Below, one piece after another: positions 19,169-26,648 of a stretch of DNA of 64,000 nucleotides. Under the pieces are notes generated by a model. That model was given only the letters and a program-made list of their open reading frames with translations, was not told the origin of the DNA and searched no databases. A program made the translations under genes and the position numbers. Position 1 is the first letter of the stretch. Each line of letters starts with the position of its first letter. Source of the stretch: a virus. The stretch spans positions 64,001 through 128,000 of IMG/VR virus record IMGVR_UViG_3300020202_000062; one strand, written 5' to 3'.

Positions 19169-19333
19169 CTAAATATTGACTACAGCAACTATGCTCCACA
19201 GGAATAAGATTAAACTAAGGACAAATGCTGTAGTCCTTGTTGATCCTTCCGAACCAGTGGAGAGACTTGCTAAACATGCGGCCCAGAAGAATCCGAAGGT
19301 CGCTAAAAACAGTAACAGGGTATTAACTATCAT
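19169..19333 (-). CDS. small two-TM membrane protein (54 aa)
   Basis: Manual translation MIVNTLLLFLATFGFFWAACL...FVLSLILFLWSIVAVVNI; GAGG RBS. Confidence 0.65.
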   Translation of the reverse strand: MIVNTLLLFLATFGFFWAACLASLSTGSEGSTRTTAFVLSLILFLWSIVAVVNI

Positions 19334-20051
19334 TCCTCTTCATCCATGCTTCGATGGCGTTAGGCCAATGTGGCTTGATTAGTTCGTGCACGGCTGCCGC
19401 ATACAACTGAATCTCTTTCTGGGCGTCATGCGCCAATCTCTGATCTAAGAAGTGTAGCACACCTTGTAGCGAACAGGTCCAGCGCCAGCGAACGTATAGA
19501 GCGTAGGCAGGAAGAAATAGGCGTGCTTGCTCTGCGGCCACACCAGCCTCTAGAGCCGCCTCGTAAGCACCTAAGCACGTGCCGTAGATGCTATTAAGCC
19601 AAATGGTCCAGTCAATACCATCTTCGGCAGGGAGGTTCTCACCTGATCCTTGCTTGGAATTTGCTGGTGCGCTGCGCCATTCTGTGACACCAGGAGCATA
19701 GAACTCTGGCTCTTCGGTAATATAGCGGCGACTTGATTCATTCCATGCGAATACTGGATCACGAAATGACAATTCCGCACCGATATCCTGATGGTCGCTA
19801 CCAATGACATACTTGTACCACTGATTCTTTACGATCATCGGAGCGTAGACTTCAAATTCAATTACGGAATGTCGGAACGGAGAGGTATGATCCTCTCTTG
19901 CGAGGAAGTTCAGTAGGCCCTTGTCCCTCTTGTCTAACTCCTCAGACTCCTTATCGTATGAAACGCGAGCAGCGTTAACTACGCTTAAGTCCCGGCCCAT
20001 ATGCTCGACCAATCTTACATAGCCGTGATCTAATACATCTATCTTATTCAT
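19323..20051 (-). CDS. thyX: flavin-dependent thymidylate synthase
   Basis: NAARVSY, HTSPFRH, NESSRRY, EQAR, R...AQKEI; start MNKIDVL at 20051. Confidence 0.95.
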   Translation of the reverse strand: MNKIDVLDHGYVRLVEHMGRDLSVVNAARVSYDKESEELDKRDKGLLNFLAREDHTSPFRHSVIEFEVYAPMIVKNQWYKYVIGSDHQDIGAELSFRDPVFAWNESSRRYITEEPEFYAPGVTEWRSAPANSKQGSGENLPAEDGIDWTIWLNSIYGTCLGAYEAALEAGVAAEQARLFLPAYALYVRWRWTCSLQGVLHFLDQRLAHDAQKEIQLYAAAVHELIKPHWPNAIEAWMKRNDS

Positions 20052-20434
20052 TAAATACCCCTCGTTTCTACCCATCTAGTCCCTAGGGTTTGACGCATTG
20101 CTAAGAGTGCCTCATAAAGGTTACCGTCTACATATTCTGATTCGTCCACAGCAATCATGTCCACGTTTTGCGCATGTGTCGATCGACTATTGCCATTGCT
20201 AATGAACTTGATATAGCCCCCACTATATCGAAGCATGTCGCCGGTAAATGTCAAGCCTGGCAGATCTTTCAGTTCTTCTACTAGCATATCTTTTAGCATC
20301 CTGGTATTGGACATCATGGGAGCAACCACAAGCACACGGGTATCTGAATTGCATCTTACAAACTGAGCAACATGGCTGACCAACATGGTGCTTTTACCTG
20401 TACGACGATCACCCGCAATCTCTAATCTACTCAT
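20051..20434 (-). CDS. stand-alone terminase-like P-loop ATPase domain
   Basis: GDRRTGKST Walker A, VLVVAP, IAVDESE Walker B; about 127 aa. Confidence 0.6.
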   Translation of the reverse strand: MSRLEIAGDRRTGKSTMLVSHVAQFVRCNSDTRVLVVAPMMSNTRMLKDMLVEELKDLPGLTFTGDMLRYSGGYIKFISNGNSRSTHAQNVDMIAVDESEYVDGNLYEALLAMRQTLGTRWVETRGI

Positions 20435-20723
20435 CTTCTTCGTCTTCCTCATCTTCATCGCAGTCATCACAAGTACAGATGTCTGCTGTCAACTCAATGA
20501 ACTGAGTGCCTAGATCGTGGAACATTCGGAAGATGCTGATAGCCTCTTCGGGGAACTTCAACTTGTCGTCTAGGGCGTCCACAATCATTGCGGTAACCTG
20601 TAGTGCCACACTGTTTATGATCTCTAGTGTGTGAGCCATTTCCTCTACTTCTACAGGCTCTACCTTGAAGTCGTTGTTCGCAAGAATGTCTTGGAACTGC
20701 GACTCAAACTCTTCTTCTTCCAT
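20427..20723 (-). CDS. highly acidic hypothetical protein
   Basis: AAGGA RBS; Glu/Asp-rich termini, CTCDDC. Confidence 0.75.
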   Translation of the reverse strand: MEEEEFESQFQDILANNDFKVEPVEVEEMAHTLEIINSVALQVTAMIVDALDDKLKFPEEAISIFRMFHDLGTQFIELTADICTCDDCDEDEEDEEDE

Positions 20724-20741
20724 CTTCTTCCTTAACTAGAA

Positions 20742-20763
20742 GGGGGAGTATTTCAACTCCCCC
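20742..20763 (-). terminator. stem-loop downstream of nrdJ (terminator or processing site)
   Basis: GGGGGAGT-TGAAAT-ACTCCCCC perfect 8-bp stem; only a weak U tract follows. Confidence 0.55.
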
Positions 20764-20778
20764 ATTCTATCTTCTAGG

Positions 20779-22797
20779 TTACTTTACGGGCAACTCACAG
20801 GTGTCATTTGAGCAGAATTTATCTCCGTCTGCGTCCTGTGCGTCAGGATTATCGTAGAGCCTATCCCAATTGATTGGCTTTACTTTCTTGGTTCTGACGT
20901 AGAATTCATCCGTAGGCATTGCTTCGTATGGCATCTGCGGGTAAGCGCCCTCTTCCCTCATAGGAAGGAATGACACTGACTTTAACTGACCCTCTACTGC
21001 ACGCAGTAGTGACTCAATCTGGTCTGCCTCGTGCTCACCAAAGGTTAGTGTAACAGATACTTGGTTGTCGCTCCAATAACGTTGGGCGAGAATGGCAAGA
21101 TGAGCCTTCTCCCAAAGTGAGACTTCCTTCTCGGTTCTGACAGCAGGACCAAGAGTGGGTAGTTCCACTACAGAAGTATACTCGGGTGTCATAACGTCGT
21201 CTTCTACGTGGTAGCCTGCGCGCTTTAATTCCTTGATGATTGGATCTGTGTGGCTTAGGCGCATCCTACGAATGTAGGAGTCGAAGACTGGCCAGTGGAC
21301 ACCGGGGGTAGCGCCTGCGAGGAGGCTTACGGTTCCTGAAGGCTTTACTGAAGTGGTCTTGATTGACTCACGTACAGCGAGCCACTCTGAGTACTGCTTG
21401 TCCCAGCGAGTAATTTCCTGGTAGCCCAGGTTCAACCAAGTACGCAATTCAGTCCATCCACGGCTCTCAGCGAACTGAGCAACGCCAGACACTGAACAAC
21501 CGATACGACGGTTACGCTGCATGATGGCATTAGTCTCGGCCCAATGAGTCGGCAGTAGGGTAACAGTCTTGCCGTAGAGGTAAGCGTACTTTAGGGTGCG
21601 CTGGTAATCCTCTAGGCTCTCATGTCTAAATGGGAAAGTCTCTACGAGAGTGCACATCTCATTTGACTCTAGTGACTGTTCAGAGCATGGGTTGGTTCCG
21701 GCTACTCTGTAATCCTTATAGTTCGGTGGGTCAATCAATCGTCCGTAGTCGCGGCAGATGTCTAAGTAGAATAGACCTGGCTCGCCGTTGTCAGCGATAC
21801 GATCAACTAACCAACCGTAATCCATACCTACCTCTGCGAAGATGGAATTGTTTGAGGTCCATCCCCACTCAGCACGATATGGGTTCTGCTCGTAGTTCTT
21901 TAATTCTAGGAAGTCCTTGTCGTCAGCATCGCCCAGAGCAATCTCTGCTGTCCTGCGGCGACCGCCTGACACTACACAGCGACCGATCATATTCTGCAAG
22001 TCTACGATGTCAGCAGACGTGATCTTCGTACCCTCGCGACCAGTGAACAACTTGCGGATGTTGTTGTGTAGTTCGATCAGAGGATTCGGTCCTGGCGCAA
22101 TGCCACCGAAGGTCTTGATTGGTGCGCCTTCTGGACGGATCTCGGAGTAATCAAAAAGAACAGTTGGTCGACTTGAGAAGAAGTACGACTCAAGTAGGTG
22201 ACCCAATGACTCAGCCCAACCTTCACGGCTGTCTGGAATAACAAAAGTCCACGACTCAGTGGTGGGTTCGTGGATCTCTAACTTACCTGCTCCCTTTGTA
22301 TCGAATCCAACGCCAGTACCGAGCATGGACATCTCCATAAGTCTGGTGAATGGATTGATTGCCTCTGTCACATTGCGAGAAGAAATCTTCTCAGTGCTCA
22401 AGAAACTGCAATTCTGTAGTGGTGATGAATCCTTGTACTTGTTAACCAGGATTGTGCCCATGTGCTCAATGCCACGGCCAGGTGGTAACCACTTGAATTG
22501 GAACATCCTCTCATATGCTTCCTTAGCAGAACGCTGGCCCTGTGCCTCGTTCCATGGTAGACGCATAGACTTGATGTGGTCTTTCTGAATTGAGTACATA
22601 CCCTCAATAACGCGGCGGCATGTCTCGTACCATCTTTCTTTGGTGCCATCTTCCTTCTTGCGGCTGTACTTGGTGAAGAAGGTAAGTTCACCCAGAGTGT
22701 TGCCACCCCCAATGCCGAAACCCCAATCAACCGGACGGGTTCGAAACTCTTCGATAAAGTCTTCGGGTAGTCTAAATGATAAGTAATCATCACTCAT
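20779..22797 (-). CDS. nrdJ: class II (adenosylcobalamin-dependent) monomeric ribonucleotide reductase
   Basis: PPGRG, NC, GVGFD, IPDSREGW, TNPCSE, KPSGTVS, C-terminal CSNDTC. Confidence 0.95.
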   Translation of the reverse strand: MSDDYLSFRLPEDFIEEFRTRPVDWGFGIGGGNTLGELTFFTKYSRKKEDGTKERWYETCRRVIEGMYSIQKDHIKSMRLPWNEAQGQRSAKEAYERMFQFKWLPPGRGIEHMGTILVNKYKDSSPLQNCSFLSTEKISSRNVTEAINPFTRLMEMSMLGTGVGFDTKGAGKLEIHEPTTESWTFVIPDSREGWAESLGHLLESYFFSSRPTVLFDYSEIRPEGAPIKTFGGIAPGPNPLIELHNNIRKLFTGREGTKITSADIVDLQNMIGRCVVSGGRRRTAEIALGDADDKDFLELKNYEQNPYRAEWGWTSNNSIFAEVGMDYGWLVDRIADNGEPGLFYLDICRDYGRLIDPPNYKDYRVAGTNPCSEQSLESNEMCTLVETFPFRHESLEDYQRTLKYAYLYGKTVTLLPTHWAETNAIMQRNRRIGCSVSGVAQFAESRGWTELRTWLNLGYQEITRWDKQYSEWLAVRESIKTTSVKPSGTVSLLAGATPGVHWPVFDSYIRRMRLSHTDPIIKELKRAGYHVEDDVMTPEYTSVVELPTLGPAVRTEKEVSLWEKAHLAILAQRYWSDNQVSVTLTFGEHEADQIESLLRAVEGQLKSVSFLPMREEGAYPQMPYEAMPTDEFYVRTKKVKPINWDRLYDNPDAQDADGDKFCSNDTCELPVK

Positions 22798-22813
22798 AGT
22801 CTGCTGTTTGCTC

Positions 22814-23521
22814 CTAGTCGCTTCGTAGTTGCTTGACCAAACTCTGGTTGGTCTTGGATAGTTCTGCCTTCTTGATCTTCAATACCTGCTCGGCAGTATA
22901 GGTCTCGAAAATAATTCGCTCAAAGAAGTAGCCTGTCCTCCAATTGAGAACTTTCTTCAAACGATGCTTTTCCTTGATAAAGATGCTGCAAATTACGTTA
23001 CCTCCATAAGCAAGGACTAGGTTCTTATACCTGCGCTCCATATCTTGCTTATTGTCTGGCGTGATAACTCCTGCGTGATCCGCCTCAGAGTAAAGCCAGT
23101 TGAAGGCTTGGCGAGTTACAGGAGAGTATTCGATAGGATGGACTACACCGAGGCTCAGGCTCTGATTTCTCCACTTTTCGATCTCTGTATCTCTCTCGAT
23201 AACATCCTGTAACAGGCTGAACCAGTCACGCTCGTTGAACTGCGTGTAACTAGAAACCCAATACAGGAGATTCTCAGGCACCTCTGGTACCTTAGTCTTG
23301 TCGTATGAGGGAAGTAGTATAGCACACGAGAGGATCTTCCTCATCATGGCCTTCCTATCTTCGGGTGAATATTGCTTTGATGATAGGCGGCCCCACAGTT
23401 GTGCGATGTGGTGCTGCCAGTCGGCCTGACCGACATATAGGTTCAGATACTTTACTGCGGTATCTACATCTAGACTGTCTGTCTTCTCTTTTACAAGTAC
23501 CTCTGACACGTTTCTCTCCAT
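22814..23521 (-). CDS. hypothetical protein (235 aa), first gene of the replication/metabolism operon
   Basis: Long ORF with AGAGG RBS directly after the promoter and leader. Confidence 0.85.
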   Translation of the reverse strand: MERNVSEVLVKEKTDSLDVDTAVKYLNLYVGQADWQHHIAQLWGRLSSKQYSPEDRKAMMRKILSCAILLPSYDKTKVPEVPENLLYWVSSYTQFNERDWFSLLQDVIERDTEIEKWRNQSLSLGVVHPIEYSPVTRQAFNWLYSEADHAGVITPDNKQDMERRYKNLVLAYGGNVICSIFIKEKHRLKKVLNWRTGYFFERIIFETYTAEQVLKIKKAELSKTNQSLVKQLRSD

Positions 23522-23565
23522 ATGCCTCTTTGTATCTAAAGATATAAAGATGACCCCTTAGAATC

Positions 23566-23601
23566 GAAGCGGCCCCACCCCGTATGAGGCAGGACCGCTT
23601 C
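23566..23601 (-). other. 16-bp RNA hairpin in the 5' leader
   Basis: GAAGCGGUCCUGCCUC-AUAC-GGGGUGGGGCCGCUUC pairs fully only on the minus strand (4 G-U pairs). Confidence 0.7.
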
Positions 23602-23632
23602 TAGATTTGAAACTCTCTTAAACCATGTGGAG

Positions 23633-23662
23633 AGTATAGCACCCCCGAAGGGGCCAACTCAA
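23633..23662 (-). promoter_or_regulatory. sigma70-type promoter
   Basis: TTGAGT-N18-TATACT with extended -10 TGn; the spacer contains a CCCC-TTCG-GGGG hairpin. Confidence 0.65.
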
Positions 23663-23959
23663 TTAGAGTACCTTGGTATTCTCCAACTTTTCGTTTGCGA
23701 GTAGGTTCTTGAATTTTAGATTGTAGAATGCAGTTGCTGTTGCGAAGACGATTGGGAGAGTCTTTCCGAGGTCTGCCCAAAAGGTCTCATTGAAAGCCAA
23801 CTCGCCCGTTACGGCTAGGCTGGCTACGGCTGCGATAGCCGATGCAACACCACAGATAAGGGTCTTTAGTTCTCTTGACCAAGAAGGGTTCTTGAGAAGA
23901 GACGTGACCGGTGTGACTACTACTGCACCCAGGATGACTGCGAGAATTTCTGGTGTCAT
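23663..23959 (-). CDS. holin-like membrane protein
   Basis: 98 aa with 2-3 hydrophobic segments and a basic C-terminus; SLLKNPSWSRELK resembles actinophage holins. Confidence 0.65.
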   Translation of the reverse strand: MTPEILAVILGAVVVTPVTSLLKNPSWSRELKTLICGVASAIAAVASLAVTGELAFNETFWADLGKTLPIVFATATAFYNLKFKNLLANEKLENTKVL

Positions 23960-23960
23960 A

Positions 23961-24314
23961 TTATCTTCCCCTTGCGTGTGAAATAGTTGCGGCTAGGATC
24001 CCAATTAAGTGGAATGGGTCTAGCCACGGTAGGAACTTACCAAAGAATAGATGCTTAGTCGTCAAGCCCCATGCCAGAACTACCAACCACCGTGACACTG
24101 GGTCTTCCAGGCCACGGCGGAAGGCTTCGGTAAGTAATTCTTTATCGTTCAGCAAGCCGTACAGATCATACCCAACGACGTAAGCCGTCAGTCCAATCCA
24201 TGCTTTAGTGCCTGCTGGTAGTTTATTCCAGTAACTAAGACTAGATGTTAAGGGCCTTAGCAGAAGGGACGCCTCTCCATTCATTAACCCTATTGTGTCC
24301 ACCGACATTGTCAT
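23961..24314 (-). CDS. small membrane protein (actinophage-type)
   Basis: AW..L.AYVVGYD...ELLT..FRR...W...HL pattern; true start probably downstream of 24314. Confidence 0.6.
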   Translation of the reverse strand: MTMSVDTIGLMNGEASLLLRPLTSSLSYWNKLPAGTKAWIGLTAYVVGYDLYGLLNDKELLTEAFRRGLEDPVSRWLVVLAWGLTTKHLFFGKFLPWLDPFHLIGILAATISHARGR

Positions 24315-24855
24315 ATCCCTCCGGCTTCAACTGCCCCGAATCATTTAGAGGACGAGGCGTTACTCCCTTGTAAATGTGTGGAGCAAATGCGCCGAATGAG
24401 TTCGCCGTACCTGCTGCATCGACGTTGCGGTATGTGTGTCCTGGATCATTTAGCGGACGAGTGGTCACGCCTCGGTAGGTCCAAGGATCTAATAGCGAGA
24501 ATGAGTTTACACGATCTACGTGCCCAAATCCATTCTTAAATACTGCCTGGCCATCTTCGCCACGCATTGCCATTAGGGTTGAAAGCTTAGTCCACCATGT
24601 TAATTCAGGTCCATTGCCTGAATTCTCTAGAGGGTAACGTGTATCAAGACCGGTGTAACGGCGTGACATCTGGTACCCATGTGGATGGCGGCCAGTACCG
24701 GGGGTGTGATCAGTATTTGGAGCGCCGTCTAGAACATGGCTAGTGTTGTATAGTGACCAGTTAGAATAGACGCCTACACCCTTGTATGGGTGTACACTAT
24801 CGTTTGAATTACGTCCCTTAGTGACTGGCCTTGAACCCTGGTAAAAAAGTGCCAT
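24241..24855 (-). CDS. Gly/His-rich repeat protein, probable virion component
   Basis: AAGGGAG RBS; internal repeats YRGVTTRPLNDPG, YKGVTPRPLNDSG, YTGLDTRYPLENSG. Confidence 0.75.
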   Translation of the reverse strand: MALFYQGSRPVTKGRNSNDSVHPYKGVGVYSNWSLYNTSHVLDGAPNTDHTPGTGRHPHGYQMSRRYTGLDTRYPLENSGNGPELTWWTKLSTLMAMRGEDGQAVFKNGFGHVDRVNSFSLLDPWTYRGVTTRPLNDPGHTYRNVDAAGTANSFGAFAPHIYKGVTPRPLNDSGQLKPEGYDNVGGHNRVNEWRGVPSAKALNI

Positions 24856-24882
24856 GATTGTCTCCCTTGTGTGTAAAATACT

Positions 24883-24961
24883 GGAGACCGCAGTCGTTCG
24901 TAACTACGGCCCTAAGGTAACCCTAGACTCCAACTGCTCTGCCTCGGGTTCTGCGGTCTCC
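24883..24961 (-). other. structured intergenic element (11-bp closing stem)
   Basis: GGAGACCGCAG...CTGCGGTCTCC inverted repeat enclosing 57 nt that include a CTAGGG-TTA-CCTTAG hairpin. Confidence 0.6.
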
Positions 24962-24986
24962 GCTAGGATAAATAGTAACCTTCGTA

Positions 24987-26243
24987 CTACGTATACTCCA
25001 GAACTAATCCCGACAAAGCCGGTGTACCCTTGCCTACGGTCTTATTGAGGGTAACCTCAACCCAGACTCGATTGGCTGGTGCGCCGGGAGGGGTAGTGAC
25101 ATAGATTCCCGAATTGTAACTTGTCTCATATATCAGCCTATAACTAAACACGTCGTCTAGTTCTGCGGCTGAGACATTCCAGATCTCAGGAGTGATTGAG
25201 TCTACTGACGTAATAGTCTCACCCTGTGGGGCGTCGAAACGGATGATGGTCTTGCCTTCGGCTAGGAACTTCTCATACCTGGCATCGAGTTTAGATAGCC
25301 CATATGAGTAGATTACCTTGCTGGCCTCACGAAAGTAACTCTCCTGCTTCAATGTAATCTTTAAGCCGGTAATGGGCTTGGGATCGAAGTAGAACATCTT
25401 AGGGCCGCAATCTTCGATCGTATCTCCAGACCACGCACCTGGCGCAACCCAACCTACTGCATCTGCTTCTCCATCATACAATTCGTTATTGTTAAGAGGA
25501 AGCCAGTTATCTGTGTCGTTGAGAAGCAAGTCGGTGTCGGTCGTGTAGTATACACCTACGAGTTCTGCGCCCATCATTGGGAAGGGGTTGATATAAACGG
25601 CGTTTGTGTCCTCTGTTACGGCCATATCGGTAGGGAATCTGACGTAAAGATCCACAATAGAGTCTGCGCCATGAGCACTGTTTACGATAACGTTGCGCTC
25701 CCACACCTTGCCAACGTGATTGACAACGGCGAAGTAAGGCTCTGAAGTGTCGATGACGGCGACTGAATCGTCTGCTGTGCCCGAACGCCCTCTAACTACT
25801 GTCTCGAATGTAGAAGGAACTGTAAAGGATCCGTCATTGTTAACAAACTTCAACTTAGACACAGACCCACTAGCCACCTTAGGTAACACAAGAAGTCCTG
25901 CTTGGGACTCATGGTAGCAGCGGTTGACTGATGGAATTGCAAACTGTGTGCCTTCAAATCGTGCGTTATCGATCTGAGATGATGAGTGGAAGGTGAGTTT
26001 GTTTTCGCCCGCCTCAAGCACAGAGATGCGATCCTCTAGGTGGTCTACCATCTCCTGCATACCTACCATATCTTTGAGTAGGCGCTGATATGCACGCGCT
26101 AAGTCTTCGTCGGCTAAGCCGATCTTGTTGTAGAGGTAGATGAGATCCTTGTAGTTCTCCTCGATCCTAGAGTTATAGTCGTCGCTATTGGTAGGACCTC
26201 TACGTTGAGCCGTTCTCTGTTCGGTATATAGACTATCTGGCAT
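24987..26243 (-). CDS. virion structural protein (baseplate/fibre-associated)
   Basis: N-terminal coiled coil, beta-rich body, located in the structural cluster. Confidence 0.7.
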   Translation of the reverse strand: MPDSLYTEQRTAQRRGPTNSDDYNSRIEENYKDLIYLYNKIGLADEDLARAYQRLLKDMVGMQEMVDHLEDRISVLEAGENKLTFHSSSQIDNARFEGTQFAIPSVNRCYHESQAGLLVLPKVASGSVSKLKFVNNDGSFTVPSTFETVVRGRSGTADDSVAVIDTSEPYFAVVNHVGKVWERNVIVNSAHGADSIVDLYVRFPTDMAVTEDTNAVYINPFPMMGAELVGVYYTTDTDLLLNDTDNWLPLNNNELYDGEADAVGWVAPGAWSGDTIEDCGPKMFYFDPKPITGLKITLKQESYFREASKVIYSYGLSKLDARYEKFLAEGKTIIRFDAPQGETITSVDSITPEIWNVSAAELDDVFSYRLIYETSYNSGIYVTTPPGAPANRVWVEVTLNKTVGKGTPALSGLVLEYT

Positions 26244-26635
26244 TACCCCTCCAACTTCCTTACACGTTCACGGAGTGACTCAATGCGTGCACTCAGATTA
26301 TTTAAGCCTTCCAACACAAGATCTTCTTCTCCCGGAGTTGCGTCTAGTTCCCACGCTACTTCCACTCCGGTCATTGCCCCGCCCTCAGTATAGTGGCCCG
26401 TAATATAGTCGAGATTATCTCTTACTATGTCGTACCTTATCTTGAGGGTCTGTATATCATAGTAGAACTGATCCATCTCTAAGTTGATTTTGTAACTCTC
26501 GCGCGGACCACGAAGACGATGACGCCAACGTGTGAAATTCGGCTGATGGACTCGGTTTGTATTGTCTACCGGCTGAAACAGTACACTTTCTGCTGTCTGT
26601 GCATTTACACCCGGACTATAAACTACTAGAGGCAT
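26243..26635 (-). CDS. virion structural protein (coiled coil)
   Basis: RGPRES motif shared with its neighbour; AAGGGAG RBS. Confidence 0.7.
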   Translation of the reverse strand: MPLVVYSPGVNAQTAESVLFQPVDNTNRVHQPNFTRWRHRLRGPRESYKINLEMDQFYYDIQTLKIRYDIVRDNLDYITGHYTEGGAMTGVEVAWELDATPGEEDLVLEGLNNLSARIESLRERVRKLEG

Positions 26636-26648
26636 TTTTGTATCTCCC

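Noticed and set aside
21290-21330. A-T-P motif in NrdJ (LAGATPG), and NATPG at the end of the 748-aa fibre
   Set aside because: Both fall in conserved family motifs, so they are not counted as evidence for the sequon.
23522-23662. Cobalamin riboswitch or NrdR box upstream of the nrdJ operon
   Set aside because: The leader is too short and lacks a recognisable B12 box; the palindrome does not match the NrdR consensus.
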